This document shows, in pieces, positions 17,035-25,579 of a stretch of 37,500 bases of DNA. Source of the stretch: a virus (Duplodnaviria; Caudoviricetes); the IMG/VR virus record IMGVR_UViG_3300037423_001042, positions 1 through 37,500 of that record; one strand, given 5' to 3'. Made by a program: the position numbers and the translations under genes. The notes beneath the pieces were generated by a model, which worked only from the letters and a program-made list of their open reading frames with translations, was not told the origin of the DNA and did no database searches. Positions within the stretch are counted from its first letter, which is position 1; every line of letters begins with the position of its first letter.

Positions 17035-17205
17035 ATGCACATGAACCAGGAAGACTACACCGAAGACGAGCTGAACGCCGCCTACCAAGACGGCCAGCTG
17101 GCCGCCGACGGCGTGCCTAGTGAGCGCACCTATCAGCTCGGCAGCGTGCTGGGCAACGAATTTCTGCGCGGCTACTTCGACCAGCGCTTGAAGGACACGG
17201 AATGA
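17035..17205 (+). CDS. Small hypothetical protein
   Basis: AYQDG...EFLRGYFD pattern; start uncertain (16990, 17035 or 17041). Confidence 0.55.
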   Translation: MHMNQEDYTEDELNAAYQDGQLAADGVPSERTYQLGSVLGNEFLRGYFDQRLKDTE

Positions 17206-18146
17206 ACCACAGCGAAGCCTTGTCGCGCATCAGCCTGACCGCGCGCGACAGCACCAGCTCCGACAGTGAGAAGGTACGCGCGATGGCGCGCATCGCACGC
17301 GAAGCGCTCGACGCTGCCCCCGCAGCAGCACAGGGGGAGGCGCTCACCGAGTTGCTGAAGCTGCTCGACGGAAAGAGCGGCGCGGCCTATTGCAGGTACG
17401 TCGAAATCCTGCGGCGCGACGAGTGCCTGGGCTGGGAACACAAGACCAAGCACGGCAAGTTCGGCGAGGCCGAGCTGAAGGCGCACACGCTGGCCGCCGA
17501 GCACCTGGGCATGCATCGGGCGTTTGCTGCCGCGCTCTCTGACGCTCGCGCCGCCCTCGCACAGGGGGAGGCGCCCCCTCCCTCGGCATTCCTATCGCCG
17601 TCATCGAGCATGAACTACGCCGAAGCGATGGCAGGGCTGGTCGCGCGTACCGCCGCACCCCCTCCCGAGCAGGCACAGCCCGTCATCAGCGCCGAGCACG
17701 GGCCGTGGCTCCCATCCATGCACGAAGGCGAGACCTACTGCCAGCGGTGCAAGGTTCGCAGCGTCTTTGCGAGCCAACGCAAGTGCGATCCGCACATCGC
17801 CACCGAGCAGGCGCAGCCCGCAGTGCCGGCGCTGACGGATGAGCGCATCGAACTGGTGGCCGCATGGAACGACCTGCCTGATTCGCTGAGGTGCCATCCC
17901 GGCCTCAAGCGGCTATTTCGTGCGTGCCAAGCGATGCCCTCCGCCACCCCACCCGCACAGGTGGAGCAGCCGATGCTGACGGATGAGCAGGCGCTGGCGA
18001 AGGTGGCGCCATTCGGTCGCCGCGACAAGTTCCCGTTCCGCATCCCCGGCACGAGCAAGTCCGAGCAGGTCGAGTGTGTTGTGCTCACCGCTGCCGACTG
18101 CGCTCGCCTTGTCGCCGCCCTCACCCGAAAGGACTCCCATGACTGA
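17202..18146 (+). CDS. Mosaic hypothetical protein (314 aa)
   Basis: AAGGA SD; modules joined by repeated AQGEA, EQAQP and LTDE linkers. Confidence 0.7.
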   Translation: MNHSEALSRISLTARDSTSSDSEKVRAMARIAREALDAAPAAAQGEALTELLKLLDGKSGAAYCRYVEILRRDECLGWEHKTKHGKFGEAELKAHTLAAEHLGMHRAFAAALSDARAALAQGEAPPPSAFLSPSSSMNYAEAMAGLVARTAAPPPEQAQPVISAEHGPWLPSMHEGETYCQRCKVRSVFASQRKCDPHIATEQAQPAVPALTDERIELVAAWNDLPDSLRCHPGLKRLFRACQAMPSATPPAQVEQPMLTDEQALAKVAPFGRRDKFPFRIPGTSKSEQVECVVLTAADCARLVAALTRKDSHD

Positions 18147-18573
18147 CACCTGCGCCACCTGCATGCATATCGGGGTCGCCTACTGGGACAACGGATTCAC
18201 CATCTCTCATCACTGTCTCAAGGGCGATATTCGGCGGGCCGAAACGATGCCGAAGGACGCGGACCTGTTCGCGCATTTCCGCGCCTTCTTCGATGCCTCC
18301 GCGAGCCAGAAAGCGTGCAAGCATTACGACGAACGGCCACCGGCCTCTGCCGACGTTATGGCTCTGTTGGAGCGCATCGGCAGCGAGGGCCGCGCCGAAG
18401 TGAAGTTCTGGTCCGACGAAAGTCGGCTGGCTCATTCACTCGAAGGCAAGTTCGTCAAACTGGATCAGTACGCCAAGGCCCCCAACGGCTACCGCGTCTA
18501 CAGACTGCTCCCGGTCGGCGAGGTGGAACGTGCAAGAGCCGCTGTTACTGCGCAGGAGCCCTCCCATGGCTGA
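18139..18573 (+). CDS. Hypothetical protein with CxxCxH motif (144 aa)
   Basis: AAGGA SD; MTDTCATCMH...ACKHY. Confidence 0.65.
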   Translation: MTDTCATCMHIGVAYWDNGFTISHHCLKGDIRRAETMPKDADLFAHFRAFFDASASQKACKHYDERPPASADVMALLERIGSEGRAEVKFWSDESRLAHSLEGKFVKLDQYAKAPNGYRVYRLLPVGEVERARAAVTAQEPSHG

Positions 18574-19258
18574 CACCACACGAGAGGCGCTGGCGGCCGA
18601 GGCGAAGCGGCTGGCAGAAGAATACGCCGACCAGCATAAGGCCAATGGCGCACTCCGCTGGAAAACGCTGCACGCGCTGTTCGCCACCATCGACCGCCTC
18701 GCCACCCCCGAGCAGGCGCCAGCAGTGCAGGCAGGGGCGCTGGCCGAGCGCTGGGCTGGATACGCGCGGCTGCTGAAAGAGGCCCGGCGTTATCTTGGAG
18801 ACAAGCGGCTGTACCACGACGAACTTGACGGACGCAAACGCCGCGAGACGAATCAAGAGCACGTCGACCGCATTTCTACAGTGATACAGGAGAACGAAGA
18901 CCTGCAGACACTGGTAGACGAAATCGACGCCGCCCTCGCCACCACCCCGGCAGTGCAGGCAGAGCAGCCGGCCGAGCCGCACCGCTATTCCGTCGTGTAC
19001 CAGGGCGACCGCGCAATGGTGCCCGTCGAGGTGCTGGGCGTGTACGCCGACAGCCATTCGACTGTCGTGACCATCGCCGCCCCCAGGGGGCAGGCAGAGG
19101 ATGCGCAGCGGCTGGACTTCGTTGCGATGCATGGCCTGCTGTCGCTCGACAGCGTGAGCGGCAAGCCGGGCGGCAACGGGCAACGACTCGTCGCGGCAAC
19201 GCGCGCCGCCATCGACGCCGCCCGCGCATCCGACGCCAGGAAGGGGGAGGCATCGTGA
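18566..19258 (+). CDS. Mosaic hypothetical protein (230 aa)
   Basis: AGGAG SD; PAVQA linkers; EDAQRLDF...TRAAIDAAR C-terminal module typical of such phage genes. Confidence 0.7.
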   Translation: MADTTREALAAEAKRLAEEYADQHKANGALRWKTLHALFATIDRLATPEQAPAVQAGALAERWAGYARLLKEARRYLGDKRLYHDELDGRKRRETNQEHVDRISTVIQENEDLQTLVDEIDAALATTPAVQAEQPAEPHRYSVVYQGDRAMVPVEVLGVYADSHSTVVTIAAPRGQAEDAQRLDFVAMHGLLSLDSVSGKPGGNGQRLVAATRAAIDAARASDARKGEAS

Positions 19259-19683
19259 GCGCCCCACCACCGGGAGAGCGAGAGGCGATGACGCCCAGCA
19301 AGCAAGACGAGGTGCCGCTGCCAGAGCCGACGCGGCTGGCACACGAGGCGGGAGAGCTGTACCACGAATGGCAGAGCTTCGAGGCATGCTGGGAAGACCT
19401 CAGAGTGCCCGCTGAACAGCGCGGTGAAAACTGGCGCGATCACTGCGCCATCAGAGACAAGTGGCACGCCAAGTTCGCCGAATTCAACGCCGCGCTCATC
19501 GCCTACGGCAACGCCCGCGCCCGCGCTGCCACAGAGAGGGCTGCTCAGGTGTGCAGGGAGCGCTGCGCGATCACGCCTTCTGTGCCGGCATGGGCACTTG
19601 AAGCCAACAACTGTGCCGACGCCATCCTCGTTGACGCTGGCATCAAGGGGGATGGAACCAATGACCCCGCGAAAAAAGACTGA
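19255..19683 (+). CDS. Hypothetical protein (142 aa)
   Basis: GGAGG SD, GTGA overlap; VPLPEP...ERAAQVC...CADAI. Confidence 0.65.
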   Translation: MSAPPPGEREAMTPSKQDEVPLPEPTRLAHEAGELYHEWQSFEACWEDLRVPAEQRGENWRDHCAIRDKWHAKFAEFNAALIAYGNARARAATERAAQVCRERCAITPSVPAWALEANNCADAILVDAGIKGDGTNDPAKKD

Positions 19684-19749
19684 TCGACCTCTTGCGTCGA
19701 AGCGCGATCTTCGTTCTAATTTAGATCGCTAGAACAATAACGAAGAGGA

Positions 19750-19814
19750 CAGGCGGAGCACCAGCTCCCCACCCCCGAACAACCAAACGCCTGCACCAGC
19801 AGGCCAGGCGGAGC
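19750..19814 (+). promoter_or_regulatory. Twin ACCA-loop hairpin leader
   Basis: GGAGC-ACCA-GCTCC (19755-19768), GCCTGC-ACCA-GCAGGC (19789-19804), CAGGCGGAGC repeated at 19750 and 19805. Confidence 0.45.
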
Positions 19815-19821
19815 TTTGCCC

Positions 19822-20067
19822 ATGCACGTCGAAGAACTGAAGAAGTCAGAAGGCTGCGGCATGCAGACCTACTACTGGCCGGCTCGCACCAACTGGAATT
19901 ACAAGGGAGAAGGCATGTTGGTGTGTAACTTCGAGCATGCACCCGACCAGTGGTTCGTCGCGACCGACAAGACCAAGCAGCCCGGCAACCTCGGCTTGCG
20001 GGCCGGCCCCTTCGACACCGCGCAGCAAGCGGTGAACTGGATCGAGATGATGAAGGACGAAACATGA
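19822..20067 (+). CDS. Hypothetical protein (81 aa)
   Basis: GGAG SD; AGPFDTAQQAVNW motif. Confidence 0.65.
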   Translation: MHVEELKKSEGCGMQTYYWPARTNWNYKGEGMLVCNFEHAPDQWFVATDKTKQPGNLGLRAGPFDTAQQAVNWIEMMKDET

Positions 20068-20387
20068 GCACACCTGAGCTGAAGGCCGGCATGCTGGCCA
20101 TGATCGTGGTCCCCGCCCGTGTGCACGAAGACGAAAAGCGCGTCATGGGTCCGTTGGTCGGCAACATCGTTTGCCTGACCCGCTTCGAGCCGTCTCCGAT
20201 CCACCCCGTGCTCGGGCACCAGCTCGACCCGATGTGGTTCTTCGAGCCCACGTTGTACGTCGACATCGGCGGCGTGCCTGGTGCGGTGACCGGCGCTGCT
20301 CCCGACTGTCTGAAGCCCCTGCCTGGCGGCGAGGGCGAAGACGAGATGCTGCGCATCGCCGGCAAGCCGGTCGAGGTGACGGCATGA
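20064..20387 (+). CDS. Hypothetical protein (107 aa)
   Basis: AAGGA SD; LKAGMLAMIV...PDCLKPL...DEMLRIAGKP. Confidence 0.7.
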   Translation: MSTPELKAGMLAMIVVPARVHEDEKRVMGPLVGNIVCLTRFEPSPIHPVLGHQLDPMWFFEPTLYVDIGGVPGAVTGAAPDCLKPLPGGEGEDEMLRIAGKPVEVTA

Positions 20388-20713
20388 CGCCCGCACTGCG
20401 CTGGCTGCTGGTGAACGGTGCGTTCGCAGCCCTGCTCATCACGGGCTACGTGTATGACATCCAGGGCGCACGCAACGTCGTGATCGGCTGCATCGTGTTC
20501 TTCACGTTCATCGCCTTCAGGCTGCTGATGGTCGAGGTGAAAGCACAGAAGCCGCGACCCGTGCCGCTGTGGCTCGACGCAACCTACGACACCGTCGTCA
20601 CTAGCTTCCTTTTTTGGCACGGTGCCTGGTGGCTCGCCGGCATGTACGTGTTCCATTCGCTCGCGCTACTGCACTACTTCGAGAAGAAGCTCGACTGCAA
20701 GTCGAACACCTAA
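20384..20713 (+). CDS. Hypothetical membrane protein (109 aa)
   Basis: GAGG SD; several hydrophobic segments. Confidence 0.7.
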   Translation: MTPALRWLLVNGAFAALLITGYVYDIQGARNVVIGCIVFFTFIAFRLLMVEVKAQKPRPVPLWLDATYDTVVTSFLFWHGAWWLAGMYVFHSLALLHYFEKKLDCKSNT

Positions 20714-20783
20714 GCAAGATCTTCGATCGAGAGCTGACCTAGCTCGATCGAACTTTTCAACCAGGTCATCAAGGAAGAGATAC

Positions 20784-22232
20784 ATGGCAAAGAACCTCAA
20801 GGACGCTGGTCCCCAGGCGTACGTGGCTGACATCGTCTACTCGGGCGAGCAGCTGATCCTGCCCGAAGGCATGGCCATCCCCGACGCCATGGCGCTGCTC
20901 AAGCGCCGCCAGGAGTTCCTGGAAGAAGCGGTCAACATCACCGAGACGTTCGACGTCTTCCCGTGGGACGGCGCGTACCTGCTCGACCGCGTGCTCACGC
21001 GCAAGTTCGGCTGGTCGGCCGCCACCGCCACCCCCGGCTTCTTCGGCCCGCAGCCGCCGAAGCTGATCTCCATCGACACCGGCCCGTCGAGCAAGATCCA
21101 GGTGCCCTGGGGCGCGTTCTCGCTGCCCAAGGTCGACGGCCTGCTGCACACGAACGTGGCCAAGAAGGGCGCGCGGTTCGTCTTCAACCTGGTCGCGCAG
21201 GTCAAGCGCAAGGACGAGGCACTCGTGCAGCGCATTTTCGAAGAGCTGCGCGCCGAAGCCGCCAGCTGCTCGCTGTACCGCGGCAAGGCCATCAAGATGC
21301 GCTTCCGCGGTGACGACGGCAAGCCGCTGCAGATGCCCGAGCCGAAGTTCATGGACGTCAGCAACATCAGCCGCGAGCAGCTCATCTACTCCGACGACGT
21401 GACCACCGCCGTCGAGACGAGCCTGTTCACGCCGATCGAGCGCGTGCAGGACTGCCTGGACAACGGCCTGCCGGTCAAGCGCGGCGTGCTGCTGGGCGGC
21501 ACGTTCGGCACCGGCAAGACGCTGGCCGCCACCGTCGCCTCCAAGCTGGCCGTCGACCACGGCATCACGTACCTGTACGTGCCGCGTGCCGACGAGCTGA
21601 GCGACGCCATCGAGTTCGGCAAGCAGTACCAGTCGCCGGCGTGCGTCATCTTCTGCGAAGACATCGACCGCGTGATGGACGGCGAGCGCGACGTCGCGAT
21701 GGACGACATCCTCAACATCATCGACGGCATCGACACCAAGAGCGCCAACATCATCACGGTGCTCACCACCAACGAGCTCAACAACATCAACCCAGCCATG
21801 CTGCGCCCGGGTCGCCTGGACGCCGTCATCGAGGTGACGCCGCCGGACGCCAAGGCGGTCGAGCGCCTGCTGCGCCACTACGGCGGCGAGGCGATCGACG
21901 CGAGCACCGACCTGGCCGAGGCCGGCCGCGTGCTGGCCGGCAACATCCCGGCCGTCATCGCCGAGGTGGTCAAGCGCGCCAAGCTGGCGCAGCTGCGCCT
22001 GCAGCCGGTGGGTGAGCCGGTGAAGAACCTGTCGTCGCAAGCGATCGTGGACGCGGCCAAGACGATGAAGATGCAGCTGGACCTGCTGAAGGCGCGCACC
22101 GAGGCGGTCAAGCCCGACCTCACTGCCGACCGCGCGCTGGAGACCCTGGTGCAGCGCGTCGTCGACTCCGCCGCGGGCGACCTCAACCAGAAGATCGTCA
22201 AGATCGCCGCCGGCGTCGGCGTCGAGGTCTAA
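20784..22232 (+). CDS. AAA+ ATPase of the classic (FtsH/Cdc48/BCS1-like) clade, no protease domain (482 aa)
   Basis: Walker A GTFGTGKT, Walker B IFCEDID, ILNIIDG, sensor TTN and SRH INPAMLRPGRLD. Confidence 0.88.
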   Translation: MAKNLKDAGPQAYVADIVYSGEQLILPEGMAIPDAMALLKRRQEFLEEAVNITETFDVFPWDGAYLLDRVLTRKFGWSAATATPGFFGPQPPKLISIDTGPSSKIQVPWGAFSLPKVDGLLHTNVAKKGARFVFNLVAQVKRKDEALVQRIFEELRAEAASCSLYRGKAIKMRFRGDDGKPLQMPEPKFMDVSNISREQLIYSDDVTTAVETSLFTPIERVQDCLDNGLPVKRGVLLGGTFGTGKTLAATVASKLAVDHGITYLYVPRADELSDAIEFGKQYQSPACVIFCEDIDRVMDGERDVAMDDILNIIDGIDTKSANIITVLTTNELNNINPAMLRPGRLDAVIEVTPPDAKAVERLLRHYGGEAIDASTDLAEAGRVLAGNIPAVIAEVVKRAKLAQLRLQPVGEPVKNLSSQAIVDAAKTMKMQLDLLKARTEAVKPDLTADRALETLVQRVVDSAAGDLNQKIVKIAAGVGVEV

Positions 22233-22236
22233 GGAT

Positions 22237-22286
22237 GGCCGGGGGCTGGGCGACAGCTCCAGCCCTGGCCGCCTGGCCCCTTTTTT
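22237..22286 (+). terminator. Terminator-like hairpin after the AAA ATPase
   Basis: GGCCGGGGGCTGG...CCAGCCCTGGCC stem, with T6 at 22281-22286 about 10 nt later. Confidence 0.45.
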
Positions 22287-22310
22287 CCCGGCGAACGCGG
22301 CCGGGCCAGT

Positions 22311-22449
22311 AAGCGTGACACCTCGGAGAGACGGGGGCCTACATCGAATCGCTCGCAGCTCCCGACGCGGAGTGAGGGAACTTGTCTGCCAGCAAAGAAC
22401 CCGGCGAGTGGCAGCTCGCCCGTGAGCAATTCGATGTAGGCCACTCGCC
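22311..22449 (+). ncRNA. Putative structured ncRNA / cis-regulatory RNA (multi-stem junction with kissing loops)
   Basis: 14-bp perfect closing stem 22336-22349/22429-22442 extended by GCTCGC/GTGAGC; three internal hairpins; loops CTGCCA and TGGCAG are complementary. Confidence 0.55.
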
Positions 22450-22481
22450 TGCTTTACCACCACACGACTAGGAGAAAAGTC

Positions 22482-23099
22482 ATGTCCTTCCAAAGCCTCA
22501 AGACCAAGGAACTGCGCGAGCAGATCCACAACATCATCAAGGCTCGGTTCGCCCGTGGCCAGAAGCCGGGCCTGCGCTTCACGCCCTTCAGCGACGTCGA
22601 GAACGGCTCGGTGTTCATCGCGCCGCCTGACAGCACGAGCCTGTGGCGCAACCAGGTCAACAACGACCACGAGGACTGCATCCTGCGTGACCGAAGCTGG
22701 GTGTGCAACACGTTGATCGACGATGACTGGCGCACCTACCTGGAGTTGCCCGACGGTCACAGTCTGCGCCTGGACGGCGACAACGCCCCCATCCTGATCC
22801 ACGACCTCGGCAATGACTTCGAGGACAACGTCGCGAGCGAGTACGACGACGAGGCTGATTGCCGCAGCAGCGAGGACCTCGATGATGACGTCAGCGTTGA
22901 CGATGAGTGCGATGAGTTCTGGGTCGTCGTCGTCGAAGGCATCGAGATCAGCCAGATCAAGGACCTGATGCTCGGCGAGATCTCCGCGGCCAAGAACGAG
23001 GACGCGTCGACGCCGGCTCGCCGGCCCGCGCCCAAGGCGCCCTCCTACGACGACTCGCCGGTGCAGATCGTGCAGGTCGACGTCAGCGCGCTGGGGTGA
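22482..23099 (+). CDS. Acidic hypothetical protein (205 aa)
   Basis: AGGAG SD; D/E-rich central tract. Confidence 0.75.
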   Translation: MSFQSLKTKELREQIHNIIKARFARGQKPGLRFTPFSDVENGSVFIAPPDSTSLWRNQVNNDHEDCILRDRSWVCNTLIDDDWRTYLELPDGHSLRLDGDNAPILIHDLGNDFEDNVASEYDDEADCRSSEDLDDDVSVDDECDEFWVVVVEGIEISQIKDLMLGEISAAKNEDASTPARRPAPKAPSYDDSPVQIVQVDVSALG

Positions 23100-23647
23100 C
23101 CGCCATGCTCAAGCCGCAAGAACTCTCCATCCTGGCCACGTTCGCCACCAACTGCCTCGGTGAGCTCTCGAAAGTGTTCACCGAGAAGTGGGTGTCGGAT
23201 GATAGGGGTCCGGTCATCGACACCCAGGTGTTCATCGTCGCCTCGTTCGACCATGACAGCGGCAAGCCCAACGGCGACTTCATGCCCACGGAGCTGCAGT
23301 TGCTGGTCAAACTCTTCCCCGACGCCGAAGAGGCGTTATTCAAGAAGGTAAGCGCCGACGTGGCCGCAGGCACGTTCCCGGCGGCTGTGTTCTTCCGCAA
23401 CATCATGACACTGGAAGTGCCCGACGCCGCCGTCGGCGAGGTGGTGGCCAAGAAGTTGGCCGAAGGTGCACCGATGCCCACCGAGCACATGGTGCCAGCC
23501 ATCGTCATCACGGTGTGCACGCCTGAGCTGAAAACCATCTATGCCCAGCGGTTCAAGAACGGCAAGCCGTTCGGCGAGATGCGCATCGGCGAGCACAAGG
23601 ACCTGGAGAACAACTCGGTGGTCAGGCACGCCATCGAGTTCAACTGA
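23096..23647 (+). CDS. Hypothetical protein, paralogue A (183 aa)
   Basis: GTGA overlap; similarity to the next gene. Confidence 0.75.
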   Translation: MTAMLKPQELSILATFATNCLGELSKVFTEKWVSDDRGPVIDTQVFIVASFDHDSGKPNGDFMPTELQLLVKLFPDAEEALFKKVSADVAAGTFPAAVFFRNIMTLEVPDAAVGEVVAKKLAEGAPMPTEHMVPAIVITVCTPELKTIYAQRFKNGKPFGEMRIGEHKDLENNSVVRHAIEFN

Positions 23648-23656
23648 AAGAACACC

Positions 23657-24211
23657 ATGACCATCAAAGTGATGACCACGGCGCAGCGCGCCATGCTGCT
23701 GTCCGCTGCGCGCGACATCCACCGCTTGGCGTGCGAGCAGTACATCGAGGACTGGAAGCCGAATCTGGACCCGCACGAAGCCGTGGTTGGCCCCGGCGTG
23801 TTCATAGTCCAAGGGTTCGACGACGCCGCGGCGAAGATCGAAGGCTCCTGGGCGCCCAATGAAGTCGCCGAGATGATGCTGTCGTCACCTACCAGCAAGC
23901 AGGCGATGACCAGCGCGTTCAGACAATTCTTCGACAGGGGGCTGGCCTACGCCTTCATCGTGGTCTGCGAAGCGCAGCTGAGCATGAGCACGTCGCCCGA
24001 GCATGCAGCCAAGATCAGCCGCGAAGGCATCATCGGCTCCGAGGGCGCGCAGGACTGCATTACGGTGCAGATCCATAGCCCGCACCACACGACGCTGCTC
24101 ATCCAAGGCTTCAAGGACGGCCAACGCGACGGCGAAGTCAAGGAGATCGGCGAGGACGGTGAATCCAGTGCTACTGGCCGCATGTCGATGACCGAAGAGC
24201 ACAACGCATGA
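23657..24211 (+). CDS. Hypothetical protein, paralogue B (184 aa)
   Basis: Strong codon bias; similarity to the previous gene. Confidence 0.75.
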   Translation: MTIKVMTTAQRAMLLSAARDIHRLACEQYIEDWKPNLDPHEAVVGPGVFIVQGFDDAAAKIEGSWAPNEVAEMMLSSPTSKQAMTSAFRQFFDRGLAYAFIVVCEAQLSMSTSPEHAAKISREGIIGSEGAQDCITVQIHSPHHTTLLIQGFKDGQRDGEVKEIGEDGESSATGRMSMTEEHNA

Positions 24212-24849
24212 TCGCCGACTGCTCCTGGGACCAGCCAGGCCACAACCCCTTCATGGGCGACGTGGTCGCCGCGGTGGCGCACTACGACTTGCCCGAGCCG
24301 GCGCAACGCGTGCTGCAGGAGCGCATGGCCAAGCGTCAGTACGACGACCTGGTCGAGATCACGCATGACAAGATCAGCGGCCGGTACGACTACATCGCGC
24401 TGCGCATGATGCACTTCGGCCAAGGGCAAATCTGCGCCAACCCGCGCCGCGACAAGTGGGGCAGCCGTGTCGAGCGAGCGCTCGTGTACTGCATCGACGA
24501 CACCTGCGTGCTGGTGCCGACGGTGTGCCGCAACGTCTCCCTGGTCACGCGCGTCTTGCGCACGGCGCTGCCGCCGATCGACCCCGAACAACCGGGTGGA
24601 GTCCCTGGACTCACGGACTTTCCGCCTGTCATCTTGTGGAGCCCGCCCGTGAACACGCCGGCGGCTGATACCCCCTCCTCTCTTTCGCCGCCGGTGTGGA
24701 CGCCTCCGTCACCACCTCCGATGCGCGTCGTGCTGGTGGGCTCCACTCCCTTCATCCCACCCAAGCCACCGATCCCGGCCGTGCCTGACATCCCGACCTG
24801 GGTCGGCATGCTGCTCGGCTTGGCTACGCTCGCAAGGAAGCTCAAGTGA
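24208..24849 (+). CDS. MHFG-family PEP-CTERM protein (213 aa)
   Basis: CSWDQPGHNPFMGD...YDDLVEI...MHFG...ERALVYC...VPTVCRNVSLV, Pro-rich linker, C-terminal PAVPDIPTW-hydrophobic helix-RKLK. Confidence 0.82.
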   Translation: MIADCSWDQPGHNPFMGDVVAAVAHYDLPEPAQRVLQERMAKRQYDDLVEITHDKISGRYDYIALRMMHFGQGQICANPRRDKWGSRVERALVYCIDDTCVLVPTVCRNVSLVTRVLRTALPPIDPEQPGGVPGLTDFPPVILWSPPVNTPAADTPSSLSPPVWTPPSPPPMRVVLVGSTPFIPPKPPIPAVPDIPTWVGMLLGLATLARKLK

Positions 24850-25406
24850 TTCACCACACTCCGAAGCAGCTCGACAATATGCCACCCGGCCCTTGGCAGG
24901 GCGAACCGCACGTGCTGCGCTGGCGTGACGCCACTACTGGCTTGGTTTGCCTGGCCATGCGCAACAAACACACCGGTTCATTCTGCGGCTATGTGCGTGT
25001 GCCGCATGGGCACCCGTTCTATCGTCGCGAGTACAACGGCCGCATTGAACGCCGCCTTCGCGTGCACGGCGGCGTGACCTTCAGCGGCGGTCGTTGGATT
25101 GACCGCGGCTGGTGGCTGGGCTTCGACTGCGCGCACGCTTGGGACTACCCACCGCTCATGGCCCAGTTCTGGTCGCAAACGGGCTCAGACGAGGTGGTGT
25201 ACCGCGACCTCGATTTCGTGAAGCACGAGTGTGCGATGTTGGCGGCCCAGATCTTTGCCGTCGAGGGCAAACAGACTAAGCAGGGCCGCCAGGCAGGCCG
25301 CCGACACGACCGCAAGAAGCTATCGGAGCGCAAGCAGTTTATGAAGCGCATGCGTAAACCTGGCGCGTTCGACCGCCTGCTGGCTCGCAAGATCCAGGAG
25401 GCTTGA
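24846..25406 (+). CDS. Conserved phage protein with GFDCAH motif (186 aa)
   Basis: CGYVRVPHGHP...VHGGVTF...WWLGFDCAHAWD...YRDLDFVKHEC. Confidence 0.8.
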   Translation: MIHHTPKQLDNMPPGPWQGEPHVLRWRDATTGLVCLAMRNKHTGSFCGYVRVPHGHPFYRREYNGRIERRLRVHGGVTFSGGRWIDRGWWLGFDCAHAWDYPPLMAQFWSQTGSDEVVYRDLDFVKHECAMLAAQIFAVEGKQTKQGRQAGRRHDRKKLSERKQFMKRMRKPGAFDRLLARKIQEA

Positions 25407-25579
25407 TGCTCTATATCGCCACCCTCGTCTTCAACACGCTGATGAGCCTGGTCATGTGGTGGGCCGGGCTCCAAGACGGCGGGCTGGCGCCAGCCGGCGT
25501 GGGCCTGCTCACGGGCTGGCTCGCGCTAAACCTTCTCACCCTGGGCCGCACGATGTGGCCCGCCCTCAAGAGGAAATGA
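25406..25579 (+). CDS. Small two-helix membrane protein (57 aa)
   Basis: AGGAGG SD, TGATG overlap; directly precedes the SPFH gene. Confidence 0.6.
   Translation: MLYIATLVFNTLMSLVMWWAGLQDGGLAPAGVGLLTGWLALNLLTLGRTMWPALKRK

Noticed and set aside
19755-19804. Guanidine-II riboswitch
   Set aside because: Loops are ACCA rather than ACGR and the downstream gene is not a guanidine-related transporter.
22336-22442. Cloverleaf-like fold as a tRNA gene
   Set aside because: No TTCRA T-loop, no 7-nt anticodon loop, closing stem far too long; kept as an unassigned ncRNA candidate.
20769-22802. 677-aa minus-strand ORF (likewise 28672..30111 and 34611..35816)
   Set aside because: Antisense shadows of the AAA ATPase, helicase and SSB-like genes.
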